This document shows positions 40,644-54,530 of a stretch of DNA of 64,000 bases, piece by piece. The stretch comes from Octopus vulgaris (lineage: Eukaryota). The position numbers and the translations under genes are program-made. The notes beneath the pieces were generated by a model, which ran no database searches, was not told the DNA's origin, and saw nothing but the letters and a program-made list of their open reading frames with translations. Location of the stretch: the NCBI GenBank assembly GCA_951406725.2, contig OX597816.1, positions 161,386,001-161,450,000 of the forward strand. Reading direction: 5' to 3'. The stretch's first letter is position 1; every line of letters begins with the position of its first letter.

Positions 40644-41468
40644 AGGTGCAAGAATGGCTATGTGATAAGAAGCTTGCTTCTCAGCCACATGGTTCTGGGT
40701 TCAGTCCCACTGCATGGCACCTTGGGCAAGTGTCTTCTATTATAACCTCAGGCCAACCAAAGCCTTGTCAATGAATTTGGTAGATGGAAAACTGGAAGAA
40801 GCCTGTTGAATATATGTTGTATATATATATATATGGCTCTCTGTCAGTTATGATGACAAGGGTTCCAGTTGATTCGCTCAACGGAACAGCCTGCTCATGA
40901 AATTAACATGCAAGTTGCTGAGCACTCCTCAGACACATGTACTCTTAACGTAGTTCTTGGAGAGATTCAGCATGACAGAATGTGACAAGGCTGGGCCACC
41001 TTTGAAATACAAGTACAACAGAAACAGGAAGAAAGAGTGAGAGAAAGTAGTGGTGAAAGAATACAGGAGAGTTCATCACTAATGCCTGTCAGAGCCTTGT
41101 GGAGCTTTAGGTGTTTTCACTCAAAAAACACTCACAATGCCTGGTCTGGGAATCAAAACTGCGATCCTATGACTGCGAGCCTGCTGCTCTAACAACTGGG
41201 CTGTTGTGCCTCCACACACACACACACACATATATATATATGTATATATATATGTATGTATTTGTGTGTCTGTGTTTGTCCCCACTACCTTTGCTTGACA
41301 GCTGATGTTGGTGTGTTTATGTCCCCATAACTTAGCGGTTCAGCAAAAGAGGCCAATAGAATAAGTACTAGGCTTACAAAGAATAAGTCCTGGGATCGAT
41401 TTGTTCGACTAAAGGCGGTGCTCCTGCATAACCACAGTCAAATGACTGAAACAAGTAAAAAAAAGAAA
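40644..41468 (+). mobile_element. Family A SINE with a full family D SINE (40835-41215, minus) nested in its microsatellite
   Basis: Inner part is the reverse complement of 78-461; outer parts match 54107-54530. Confidence 0.9.
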
Positions 41469-42525
41469 TTATATATATATATATATATCAATTTGTTGTT
41501 ATGTAATATATATGAGTGTATAATATGCATGAGCCAAGTGTGATCATAGTTGTGGCCGATGTCAGTGCTACATCAATGGTACCCATACCAGTGGCATGTA
41601 AAAAGCACTATTCAAGTGTGATCATAGTCGTGGCTGATGCTGGTGGCATATAAAAAGCACCCACTACCCTTTTTGGAGTGGTTGGCATTAGGAAGGGCAT
41701 CCAGCCATAGAAACCTTACCAAATTAGACCGGAACCTGGTGCAGCTCAGCCTACCAGTTTTCAGTCAAACCATCCAACCAATGCCAGCATGGAAAACAGA
41801 CATTAAATAATGATGATGATGATGATGTATATGTATGTAAACACATATGCACACATGTACAAACTCACATATGCATGCATGCATGCACACACACACACAC
41901 ACACATTCACATTTATACCAATAATAATTGATGTACTTGGTTCTGTGATTAACTCATTCCTGCCAATCGTCTGTTTAAACTGACACTTAATTTATAAGGA
42001 TATAAAACAAATACTTGATACAAATTGTGATTTGTGTATGATCTGTATCAAAGAATGAAACACGTTCTTAACGCATATGCAGTCTGTATTAAATGGATTT
42101 CAATGAAATTTTTTTCAGTTGTTATTTAGGTCAAAATCATAGTACCTGTGAATTTTCAAGCAATTTCATTCACTAGAAAAATTTTGGCACGAATGGTTTA
42201 AATGCCTATTTGACAATCTGGATAAGCTTGGATTTTCAGAAAAAGAAATCAAGCAACTAATTTGCACATTACAAATACAATTTGTCAGTTGAACAGTAAA
42301 AATATGCAAGACTTTTTTCAAATTTAAAATATGACATAGCTTTCATTAAACTATATGTAAAATTAACCACAAACAACGATCTGTTGAAGTGTTGTTTATT
42401 ATGTGTTAAACATCTACAATGTGAAAGAGAGAGTGATCAGCCATTAAGACCCAGGTTTTGTTAACAGCCTGATTGAAAGTCCCTTCTCTGCCATCTGTTT
42501 TAATAGCTAGTTTGCAGTAAAAGTC

Positions 42526-43110
42526 TCATCATCATTAACGTCCATTGTCCATGCCGGCATGGGCTGAACAGTTTGACTGGGCTGGCAAGCTGGAAGGCTG
42601 TGCCAGGCTCCAGTCTGATTTGGCATGGTTTTTTACAGCTGGATGCCATTCCTAATGCCAACCACTCCAAGAGTGTAATGGGTACTTTTATGTGCCACTG
42701 GCACAGGTGCCATTTGTGTGACACCGGTATCTACCACGACTGTGATTTTGCTCAGCTTGATGGGTCTTCTTCTCAAGCACGACATAATGCCAAAGGCCTT
42801 GGTCAGGCCTCCGTGAAGTCCAACACTCAAAAGGCCCAATGCTTGAAAGGAACTCAGTCACCATGCCTCCACGAGGCCCAACATTCGAAAGAAACTCAGC
42901 CACTTTGCCTCCATCAGGCTCAGAAACTCAGCCACTATGCCTTCATGAGGCCCAATGCTCAAAAGGAACTCAATCACCATGCCTCCATGAGGCCCAACAT
43001 TCAAAAGTTGATTTTTTACATGCCACCAGCACGGGTGCACTTGGCTTGATGGGTCCTCTTAAGCAGAGCACATTGCCAAAGGTCTCAGTCACTTGTCATT
43101 GCCCCTGTGA
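42526..43110 (-). mobile_element. Long family C retroposon with internal minisatellite (about 42805-43005)
   Basis: GAT tail; about five units of AACTCAGTCACCATGCCTCCA(C/T)GAGGCCCAA..., roughly 42 bp each, one shortened. Confidence 0.75.
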
Positions 43111-44164
43111 GATTCTTTCTTAAAAACCACCAGCTCCTTCCTCAGAGAAGAATTTAAATAATTCAAATCAGAAGAGAACACACATATATAGTGGGGTGGT
43201 ACTGCACCTCCTTCTACTCAACCTGGTAGTTCTCTTATGGCTCACTATCACTAATCCACTCCCTGCTGTGGCTAACTCTACTCTTTCCCTTCAGTCCACT
43301 CTCAACAGGAAGCATGTTCAACTCCAATAAGAACTGACTTGGATCCTGGCAAACCAGGTATGGCAAGTGGACTGACCTACTCCATCACTTGGTTTTCTTA
43401 CTCAACCCACCCTGTCACCATTACCATTTTGTCCCACCCCTCACTTTCCTTCACCGTAATCCTTGACACTATTTTCCTCCCTTCTTCTCACCACTATCTC
43501 CTCTATTATGCCCCTTCAACAGTGTTTGCCCTGTTTTTCTTTCTACTATCATCCTCACACAACAATATATCTATCTGTTCCATCCATCAGAAGGACTCTC
43601 TTATCATGTTGCAAGCTACAAGATGACCCCCATCAGTACTGGTGTTGTGAAAATGGTTTTGTAGTTAGAAAACTATATCAGCTAGCAGAGTTGACAATGT
43701 ATAGCAATTAAATATATTTGGGTGTTGTTCAGTTGAGAGTGTAGTTATGTTTTTATGACTGAAGTGGTTTTAAATGCGAAAATAAGCATAAAGAATAATA
43801 AAACAACTTCACAAAAATCAAAGTAAATAATTCAAATTCAAAACTGACAGGAATTCCTATTGCCTTAAATTCTTGGTTCAAATTACGTAAAATTTGCATA
43901 GCAAGTGCAAGGATTATACTAAGTACAAAAGGACAATTTTGTAACATGAATGCTGAGCAGGAGAGGCAATACTTTCTGTGTCACTGTGAGTTGGACTCTT
44001 AGAGGGAGTATTTAATTTATAATTAAGAAGATAATGAGGGGAATGTGGAAATGATATATATATACAACTAGAGATGAAATGAACTTGTAAGTTATGATTT
44101 ATTCTCTGTTATAAAATACAATGATTGCCATACATGAAATAAATATAACAGGTTACAGCAAAGA

Positions 44165-44458
44165 TGTGGGGGACTCTGTGGTTAGGCTGGACTGATCTAT
44201 TAGACATAGTTGACATACTGTTTGGTGGTGTGTAGAGGCAGCTGTTGGTCTGTTGGTTGTGTGATGTTCATACAGCAATGATGTAAGTTGGTGTCTGGTG
44301 GAGAAGATCAAAGTGGAGACTGGCTGGTGTCAGATGCCTCGTTGCCAGAGATGAGTTGCGTGTGGTCAGTGGTGTGTGCCAAAGACAAAGCGTAGTCGAG
44401 AACTACCGCTCTTATAGAGAATAGTAGGCTCCCAGGAGCTGGTGATTAATTTTCCACA
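44165..44458 (-). mobile_element. Possible solo LTR
   Basis: TGTGG...CCACA termini; GC-richer body; TATAAGAG and AATAGA motifs in the expected order on minus; TSD poor (AAAGA / TAAGG). Confidence 0.35.
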
Positions 44459-44585
44459 TAAGGAAAAATGAGCTGTTGTGCCAACACAATTGGATGGCTG
44501 GAAATGAACATCCTTGTATGATAGTGATGCTCATTTACAAGGTTACACACACACACAATTATGTGTGTGTGTGTGTATGTGTTTG

Positions 44586-44644
<59 letters not shown>

Positions 44645-47574
44645 CATCAACATCATCATCATCGTTTAATGTCCATTTTCCATGCTAGCATAGGTTGGAC
44701 GGTTCGACTGGGGTCTGGGAAGCCAGGAGGCTGCACCAGGCTCCAGTCTGATCTGGTAGTATTTCTACAGCTGGATGCCCTTCCTAACACCAACCACTCT
44801 GTTTACTCACATGGTCATGCTGGAACGAAAAGGCTTGTGGAGCTGGCATTCAGGTGATTAAGCCCAGATGAATCAAAACAAAAAACATCTCATATATAAT
44901 GACGGTGTAAATCACTTCTGCTACAAATTTTACTAACCTCAGCCTACCTGGATGTAGTGACTGTCCTAGCAGGAAACTAAAAATATTCATTAGTTTTGAA
45001 ATTCTCCAAAGATTGAAGACTGATTTACATTTTACAGAAACTAAATTAGTTAACCTTTATTCAATTCAGATTTGAATTAACCTTGCATTATTCAAGAATT
45101 CAGAATCTGTCACAGACATCGTATTGTGTCTTTGAATAAGTTATCTACCTCCTCAGAAAGTAGTTCTCATTTCCTGTACAATGTTTGCTTTTAGCTCAAG
45201 AAAATACTTAATAATGCAATGAGCATATAATAATATAACATCAGAATATATACCTTAAACTATTTAGTTCCATCATGCTACATTCTAAATTTGCATCCGA
45301 TAAAAATTAACTTTTGAATCTTGATAGTACTGACATTCTTAGCTGGTAACATTTCACACCCAAAAAGATTCATTTTGATTGGATATACTACAAGAAGACC
45401 AAATATACTACTACTAGCCATTCATTTGAATTGCAAAACTTAAGCTGTTGATCCTATCATGTTGGAGAAGATTTTCTCAAGTTAACAGAGGTCTAGCTTA
45501 ATGCAATATTCAATTTAATGAAGCTATTGACTTAACTGTGAATGCGGACTAATGTTGAAAATGGAATGGTCAGTACTAAATGTATGTGGACTGTCCCTTG
45601 TCGAATTGGAAGAGAATTTCAAAAAGAGACACAATTTCTGTATTTTTAGCTCAGTATGGCTGCTGCTTAATGACTGAAACAAGTGAAAGAATAAAAGAAT
45701 ATGTGGCCTTGTTGTCTAATGTAATATCATCATCATTATTCTAATCTCCACTTTCCTTGCTTGCATGGGTCAGATGGAAACTGTTGAATAAGATTTTCTA
45801 TGGTTGGATGCTCTTCCTGTCACCAACCCCCATGTTTCCAAGCAAGGTCATATTTCCCCATGGCCAGACATGTTTTCACAGACTAGGTGATGCTCATTTA
45901 CAAGGTTACACACACACACACAATTATGTGTATGTGTGTGTGTGTGTGTTTGTGTGTGTGTATGTATATGTATGTTTATATATATATGTATATGTATGTT
46001 TATATATATATGTATAAAAAATATATATAAAAATACAAAATGGGACAAGAACTCAAAACATTCAAATAGACGACACAAAAAATGGACAGGTCATTCGAAG
46101 CCTCTAATCTTCAGTCAAGAACCGGATCATCCTCGCAATTTCGGCTGATTAATCTTGAGATCGCTCCGATATATCATCATCATCGTTTAACGTCCGTTTT
46201 CCATGCTAGCATGGGTTGGACGGTTCGACTGGAGTCTATGTACTGCATGGTGAAGCTGAACCCAAAACCATGTAGTTGGGAAGCAAGCTTATTAACCTTA
46301 CAGCTACACCTGAACCTATTAACTGCACAGCCAGACATAAAGGGTAACAAAAACTCTGGATTTCTGACTACTGGATCAAGAGTTCATATTCTGCTGCAGA
46401 CTTTATGCTATATAACTTTATTTCAATAAATAAACTAAATATTTATTTAGAAAACAAATATTGTGAAGGCAATCAATACATGCAAATTTTCAATATTAAT
46501 ATTAAACCATTTTTTTTTGTGTGTGTTTAACACAACAGACAGCTATACTATTCCTTTGTTCTCTCTCTCTCTCTCTCCCTCCCTCTCTCTCTCTCTCTCT
46601 CTTTATCATCCACACACAGACCACACATTCATCCACTCATGTATGTTATCATTTTATGTCCCACATGATACAACCAGGACTGAAAGCAATCACTCAACCA
46701 TCTGCTGGAATGCTAGCAGCAACTCAGATAACCTCTAACCTCCTACTACAATGTGTTTTCTTTTGACCTGTTATGACTGCAATGGTCTGCTTAGGTCTCT
46801 ATTACTAGCTTTCTCTTTCATCCTCCGAGAAATTCATAAAATTAATTCTAGTAATAAATTCATACTGATTTAATTGATTATATGCTCCCACCGCCATCAC
46901 CCTAAAAGAACTAGTGTTCTGCTGACAACATGGAAGGCTTGTGGGCATGTACAACTGTCCAGCCTCTGAATTCAGCAGAGAATATTAAAAAGAATTTTTA
47001 GTGTATTTTGGGCATTTAATGTTTATTGAGATACATAGCTACAACATGGCAAAAAATAAAATCTCGGACGAAACATGCTATTAGGACAGCAGAAAAAATT
47101 GTTTTTAAATAATAATAATACTGCTGTAATTTAGAAGAGGAAACAAAAGTAGCTTAGCTAGAGCTGAAAACATTTTTGAACAACAAACTTCCAGTAGAAA
47201 TGAGAAGAATGCTGGTAAATCAGGAAATGAGACAAGAAGAATAGTAATTTATAGCTAAAATATAATGTATGAATGCAATAATAAATCATGCTAGAAAAAA
47301 AAAGCAACAACAAGAAAAACAACAAAATGCCTTAGCTATAGCAGCAAACATTTCATTCAATGCATAACAGCGAAGATGAACAAACATAAAGCAGGGAAAC
47401 TGACAAAGAAGAATAGTCATTTGCAGTGAAAATATCTTATTGTATAGGAATGCTGTTGTAATACAGTGGGTATAATAGGATAAAATAGGCAGTTGCAAGG
47501 TATCAAGGCATTTATTGCAAATTTCTACAGAAGAACATACATACATACGTACGTACGTACATACGTATGTATGT

Positions 47575-47780
47575 ATATCCAAAAAAACAAAGAACAAACA
47601 CATAAATACAACAATGTGAGGATTTGATACATGTAAAGTATTAGCAGAGGCTCAGGGAAGGAAAGAAAGATGGTTTAACGTTTCGAGCAAAGCTCTTCTT
47701 CAGAGCCAGAGAAAAGTCTAATAGAAAAGGAAGGTGGAGGAAAAAAAATTGCCAACGATTCACATCTGGTTACATTTGAG
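47575..47780 (-). mobile_element. Penelope-like pseudo-LTR relic with hammerhead-like core at 47677-47703
   Basis: Minus strand CTGAAGA-A-GAGC TTT GCTC-GAAAC-GTT; adjoins a (TACA/TACG)n tract. Confidence 0.5.
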
Positions 47781-47804
47781 ACATTAAACAAAGCTGATGA
47801 TGAT

Positions 47805-47844
<40 letters not shown>

Positions 47845-48432
47845 CGTGTGTGTGTGTGTGTGTGTCTCATCATCATCATCATCATCGTCAGCTTTGTTTA
47901 ATGCCTTATTTGCACACTGTCATGGTTTGGAAGATTAGGCAAGAGCTGGCAAGGCTGATAGCTACATCAGGGTTCCATTGTCTGTATTGGCATGGCTTCT
48001 ACAGCTGAATGCCTTTCCTAACATCAACCCCTTTACAGCGTGTACAGTGGGGGGGGAGGCTTTTTACCGGGCACCAGCACCAGTGCTCTTTATATGGCAC
48101 CATCACAAGTGCTTCCTTTGTAGCACCAGCACCAACAGGGTTACCAAGTACCTTTCCAGACAAAAGCCCCTCAACTGGGAGTGGTGAGTAGTATTGAGTA
48201 GGAAGTGGCTTTGTGCCAGTTGAGAAGGACAGATATAAGTGCCTTGCTGTACAAGGATACTCCAGTAGAAAAAGAAAGGAGAGTGTGTCTATCCAGGTTG
48301 ACTCAACATGAAGGACCACTCAAATTCTATTCTATCTCATCAATGTCATTGATAAGATAGAGAAGAATTCCAATGGTCCTTTGTGTTGATTCAACATGGA
48401 TAGGTATTAAACTTCAGAGCACCACTGGCAAA

Positions 48433-48694
48433 GCGGAGGCGCATGGCTTAGTGGTTAGGGTGTTAGACTCATGATTTTAAGATTGTGGTTTTGATTCCTA
48501 GACTGGGCGATGCATTATGTTCTTGTGCAAAATACTTCATTTCACATTACTGCAGTCCACTCGCCAGGCAAAAATGAGTAATCTTGCAATGGAATGGCAT
48601 TCCTTCCTGGTGGAGAATTTATATGCCGTGAAAACCAGGAAACCGGCACTTATGAGTCAGCATAAACTTTTGAGAAGGTAAACTTTTTTACTAA
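48433..48694 (+). mobile_element. SINE family D, tail beta
   Basis: A and B boxes; 13-bp TSD CACCACTGGCAAA / CATCACTGGTAAA. Confidence 0.85.
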
Positions 48695-49873
48695 CATCAC
48701 TGGTAAAACCTCACAAGTGATAGACAGTAAAGTAAAATATTACAAATGAAAACAAAATCACCTTTGCCATCACAGAATGCATCTTATTCTAAAATTTTAT
48801 CTGCATAATCTCTTGGCATTTTCTGTGCAATGGATATTTCTTCGTATGTATTGATAAACCTGAACTTTTCATAAACCAGTAGCATCAACATTCTGTTCCT
48901 TTTCAACTCTGAATTCCTTGTTCTTTTCCTATTCTTCTGGTTTCATTCATTGTCATTTTGGTAGAAACATATTTCCCTGTATTCTTTTCATTTGTGGTCA
49001 AGCTTTTTTTTTTATTAACTCTTTCCTTAAGTTTTAACCAATGTGGGCCTTGGCAATGGAAGGTACACTTATCCCTTTTTTTTGCCTTTTAGTAATGTCA
49101 CCATCATTATTACATTTCCTGTCTACTTTTCCATGTTTTCTTAGGTCAAATAGAATTTGTTCAGGCAGATTTTCTATGGCTGGATGCTTTTCCTTATCTT
49201 TCCAAGGAAGATAACATTTCTTCTTGGCTAGACATGTTTTTCATGAAAGACTGGAAACAAATTACATCACTTGTATGATGGTGATTTGAGGGGAGTGAAC
49301 AGTCAGTGAAGTCAGTCCCAGTATATGACTTGTACTTTAATTTAGTGACCCATTCCTCAGAGGGATAAAACATAAAGTTGATCTCAGAAAGATTTGAGCA
49401 CAGGATATAATATCTCAAAGTATTTTGTCAAAAGAATTCTCCCCATCCACCTCCTTAATAATAGTAGTATTAATAATTATTTCTAAATTAGGCACAAAGC
49501 CAGAAATTTGGGGCAAAAAGTTACAGTGACCCCAGTGCATGGCTGGTACTTTATTTTATTGATTCTGGAGGAATGAAAAGTACAGTTGACCTTGACAAGA
49601 CTTGAAATCAGACTGTAAAGAGTCGGTACAAATACTGCATGGTATTTTCCCAATCGTCATTTACCATCATCATTACTTAACATCCAATGGTCCAAGGATG
49701 GTATCATGCTCCAATATCTGCTTTGGCCAACAACTCTGCATCTTGTACTGAGTGCTTTTTAAGGAGAGTGCCAGGCGGCTTGCAAGGCTCCAAACCCAAA
49801 GCGGCAGCTTTATGCTTGGGGATATGGAGGTAAAAGTACAAATTCCACCAATCCATCTATAATAACAATTAGG

Positions 49874-50196
49874 GTGAAGGCATGTGGCTTAGTGGTTAAG
49901 GACATTTGGCTCATGATTGTTAGGTTGTGAGTTCAATTCCTGGCATTGTATTATTTCTTTGAGCAAGACACTTCATATCACATTGCTCCAGTTCACTCCA
50001 CTGGCAAAAATTAGCATCTGCATTTTAAAGAGTCAGCCGTGTCACATTCTATATCACACTGAATGTCCCTAAGGATTACATCAAGGGTATGTGTACCTAT
50101 GGAATACTCAAGCATTTGCAAGTTAATTTCATGAGTAAGCTATTCCGTTGATCAGATCAACTGGAACCCTCATCATCGAAACTGATGGAGTACCAG
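49874..50196 (+). mobile_element. SINE family D, tail alpha
   Basis: Homology to 4530-4844 and 78-461. Confidence 0.8.
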
Positions 50197-50683
50197 TACT
50201 AATGATTGGGTAATAATGTTAATGTGTTGTGGGGTGAATGGGGTAGATCTACCAGTAATTTAACTGTGTCTGTTTAAACATTAGCCCACCTGACAGCTCG
50301 TGTGGGCATATAAGACCTGGGGCTATTTCTAAGTCATTTTTGGTGAATGAATGGGTAGAGAGATTTATATGCTATCAAATATGCTAATTGTTTTTATTTA
50401 ACTGAGGTTAATTATTATATTTATATCTGAAGTAAATCACTTGCAGTAATTATTATTGATGAAAAGTTTTCAACAAAAGCAACTTTGATCTCTTTGTTAC
50501 CAACACAACACTGATTAAGTAAATCTAAATAGTTGGAGACTAATTTACTAAATATGAAGTTCATTGAAGTTTTTATATTTATATATGTGTGTGTGTGTGT
50601 GTAAACGTATACATATATATGTATGTGCATATGTGTGTGAGTGTATACATATATATATGTGTGTGTGTGTTTTTATATATGTG

Positions 50684-50825
<142 letters not shown>

Positions 50826-51202
50826 CGTATATATATATATGTTAGGAAGGGCATCCAGCTGTAGAAACACTGCCAGATAAGACTGGAGCCTGGTGCAGCC
50901 TTCTGGCTTTCCAGATCCCCGGTCGAACCGTCCAACCCATGCTAGCATGGAGAACGGACGTTAAACGAGGATGATGATGATGATGATGATGATATATATA
51001 CACATACACACCTACACACACACTCATGAAACCTTTGACAAAAACAATTTCAGAGAGTAGCTTCAGTTTTAGAATTTCTTCACTTTATTTCATTTCTTTC
51101 ATAATTTAAGGTTAAAAATGAATATACACACATTCACACACATATGCAAAAATGAAACCTGTTGTGTGTGTGTGTGTGTTTGTGTGTCTGTGTTTGTCCT
51201 CG

Positions 51203-51261
<59 letters not shown>

Positions 51262-51761
51262 AGGAGTGCTTCTTTTTCAGATATGTGAACTACTAACAAG
51301 GTGGCAAACTGGTAGAAACATTATCACACTGGGTGAAAGGTTTTGCAATATTTCGTCTGTCGTATGTTCTGAGTTCAAATTTCGACAAGGTTGATTTTGC
51401 TTTTTGGGCTCAATAAAGTACTAGTTGTGTACTGAGGTCAATTTAATCAACTGGTCCCCTCCCACAAAATTTCAGCTCTTGTGGCTAGAGTAGAAAGGAT
51501 TATGAACTACTGACAATATATGTATGTAGATACATACATAATAAATGTACACATATGTGTATGGTTGTGTGTTTGTATAACTAAGAGACAAGGACCATAG
51601 CTATTTTTGCTTCAATTTACTTATGGGACGTTAATACATAAATACGTGTTTCAAGAACGCATACAAATGATTGAAATGTTCATATCTGTGGTGTGAAGAA
51701 GCCCTGTATATGAATATAGAAAATACAAAGTAGTAAATTTCAGTTGAGGTTTTTTCTTTAA

Positions 51762-51980
51762 CCCCTTAGTGTTCAGATTATTCAATCAAACATAATGCCT
51801 ATTGATTCCCATTAATTTGAATTAATCATGCATTATCTCATATCTTCAAGATCTTGATGGTGTAATTACTTAATGTAGAATAACATTGTAAGGTAGGTGT
51901 GAGAGCCTGGATCTGGTTAGTTTGAACATAAAACAGATTAACTATTTTGGCCAGATATGGCCAGTTTAAATACTAAAGGG
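51762..51980. mobile_element. piggyBac-like MITE (family E2)
   Basis: TTAA TSDs at 51758-61 and 51981-84; CCCCTTAGT...ACTAAAGGG termini. Confidence 0.85.
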
Positions 51981-52028
51981 TTAATGAAGAACTGTTGAAA
52001 TACTTTTCTTTATAAAGATTTAAATATT

Positions 52029-52242
52029 CTTTTCTGCTCTAGGCACAAGGCCCGAAATTTTGAGGGAGGAGGCCAGTTGATTAGATCAACTCCAATATGC
52101 AACTGGTACTTAATTTATCGACCTTGAAAGGATGAAAGGCAAAGTCAACCTCGGTGGAATTTGAACTCAGAACATAAAGACAGGCGAAATATCACTAAGC
52201 ATTTCGCCCAGCGTGCTAACATTTCTACCAGCTCACCACCTT
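52029..52242 (-). mobile_element. SINE family B, tail 1
   Basis: Exact 20-bp TSD TTTATAAAGATTTAAATATT at 52009-52028 and 52243-52262. Confidence 0.92.
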
Positions 52243-52561
52243 TTTATAAAGATTTAAATATTGGGGAGAGGGTACATTTTATTCAGATTCTATAGTGATT
52301 ACATTAACTCTAGTTCTTTGTGATGTTAACCTGCCTTTTACCTTTTACTTGTTTCACTTTAATAAGTAATGGCCATGATGGGGCCCCACCTTGAAGAATT
52401 TTAGATGAATGAATTGACACCAGTGCTTTCTATTTTCATTGGTGTCTTTTGCCAAACCACTCAGTTACAGGGACGTAAATGCACCAACACCAGTTGCCAA
52501 GCAGTGAAAGGGAGAACTGCAGACACAAAAACACATACACATAGATATATATACATATATT

Positions 52562-53166
52562 CAGGGTCATCGCTAAGCCCCTGCAACCCTTGCAGTCGCA
52601 GGGAGCCTCTGTGGTTGTGGGGCCCCATGTTACGATCAAAGTACGTAAATGAATCATCTATTTACTTTGGTTAAGATGTTGAACAAGAATTAAACTATGT
52701 TAACTAAAAATTTCAAGAAGTAAAATGGTAATACATTGTACCTGAAAAAGTTCTTGTAAAAATATTCCGTTGTACCACAAATGTGTACCAGACTTTGTGG
52801 AGTGTCCATGATATCTATTGAACACAAACTTAGCTCTCATCTTGATTATTTTGAACTGATCGATGATTTCGTGAAGTGAAAAGTGCACCATGTTTGTCTT
52901 TGAAAGTTGCCTGGATTATAAATGTGCTCTTTTATTCATATCTGGAAGTTTTACTTATTGGAATTTGTAATAGAGACCCAAATAAATTTAATTCGTTGTA
53001 CTTTTAAATATGTTCTTTAAGATAACATGAAATAATGAACTTCAGATAGAACAAAGTAAAATATAGCTATGAATAAAAGGAGCATAGATCATGAATTTGG
53101 ATTGAAGGGATGGGGTCTCAAAACAAAAGGTTGCAGGGGACCTCTAAAAGTCACACAACGGAGCTG
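52562..53166 (+). mobile_element. Internally deleted hAT (Tip100/ZMYM1-like) transposon inside a family A SINE
   Basis: CAGGGTCATCG...CAACGGAGCTG ends; degenerate 8-bp TSD CATATATT / CATTTATA; 52790-52903 reads RLCGVSMISIEHKLSSHLDYFELIDDFVK*KVHHVCL*, matching the hAT C-terminal dimerisation tail. Confidence 0.75.
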
Positions 53167-53766
53167 CATTTATATATGACAGGCTTCTTTCAGTTTCTGT
53201 CTACCAAAGCCACTCACAAGACTTTGGTTGGGCCAAGGCTATAGTAAAAGACACTTGCCCAAGGTTCCATGCAGTGGGACTGAACCTGGAATCATGAGGT
53301 TGCGAAGCAAGCTTCTTACCACGCAGCCATGCCTGTGCCTATTCAACAAATTCTATATTTCATCTAAGATTTTATACAGAGATTTCTCTTTAGTTTGCAA
53401 ATATAAATTTTTGATGTTATTGCTGTTCTTTACTGAATTTATTTATTTGTTTTGTTTTGGACCATACACAATGTTTGTAGCAGCCTTTCTTGATGAAATT
53501 ATTAAATCCGCTAAACATAAGAATCAAGGTTGTTTATCATGTGCGAAGGAAGTAATTATTTAGGTCAATTTAGCTGTCAAAACCAGCTTAATTTTCTTCT
53601 CTATTCTTCCTGGTCCTCATATATGAATCTAAAAAAAAAATGTATATGAGTGTAAAGTTTAATAATGTAAGTATCTGCTTATGTGGTTATATGTTTGTCT
53701 TGGTCGTGTGTAAGTATTTTTCATTGAATATGTATGTATAGGGTTATGAGTGACAATGTGCTTGTA

Positions 53767-53827
<61 letters not shown>

Positions 53828-54106
53828 AATGTCATTCAGTACATTAATAAACAGCATAAAAATAAATTACTAAATATTAGATTAGTTACATTGTGGAGAA
53901 TTAGAAAATGGATTCTCTCTCTTTGCTTATTTGTATTCCTGAAAAGAAAGATCAAAGGGCAAAGAATTTCTTTTTAGTCTGTTTTGGGCTGTTATTTTAA
54001 ATTCCTTTGCAACTTATTTTACTTTCAAATAGTTTCAGAATCAATCTTAAGCCATCTCATTTAGTGAAATACAATTGGTGGTCTAACTTTATAAAATTCA
54101 TACACT

Positions 54107-54530
54107 AGGCGCAGGAGTGGCTGTGTGGTAAGTAGCTTGCTAACCAACCACATGGTTCCAGGTTCAGTCCCACTGCATGGCATCTTGGGCACGTGTCTTC
54201 TGCTATAGCCCCGGGCCGACCAATGCCTTGTGAGTGGATTTGGTAGACGGAAACTGAAAGAAGCCTGTCGTATATATGTATACATATATATATGTATGTG
54301 TGTGTGTTTGTGTGTCTGTGTTTGTCCCCCTAGCATTGCTTGACAACCGATGCTGGTGTGTTTACGTCCCCGTCACTTAGCGGTTCAGCAAAAGAGACCA
54401 ATAGAATAAGTACTGGGCTTACAAAGAATAAGTCCCGGGGTCGATTTGCTTGACTAAAGGCGGTGCTCCAGCATGGCCGCAGTCAAATGACTGAAACAAG
54501 TAAAAGAGTAAAAGAGAAAGAGTAAAGAGT
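54107..54530 (+). mobile_element. SINE family A, full-length reference copy
   Basis: A box TGGCTGTGTGG, B box GGTTCAGTCCC, internal (TA)/(TG) microsatellite, (GTAAAAGA)n tail; about 20 copies or fragments in the window. Confidence 0.92.

Noticed and set aside
42805-43005. CRISPR-like array
   Set aside because: Tandem units without unique spacers, inside a eukaryotic retroposon, with no cas genes
43851-43985. 135-nt open segment ending in a GTGAGT donor
   Set aside because: The acceptor lacks a pyrimidine tract; FCNMNAEQERQYFLCHC looks more like a decayed LINE zinc-knuckle, and neither reading is secure
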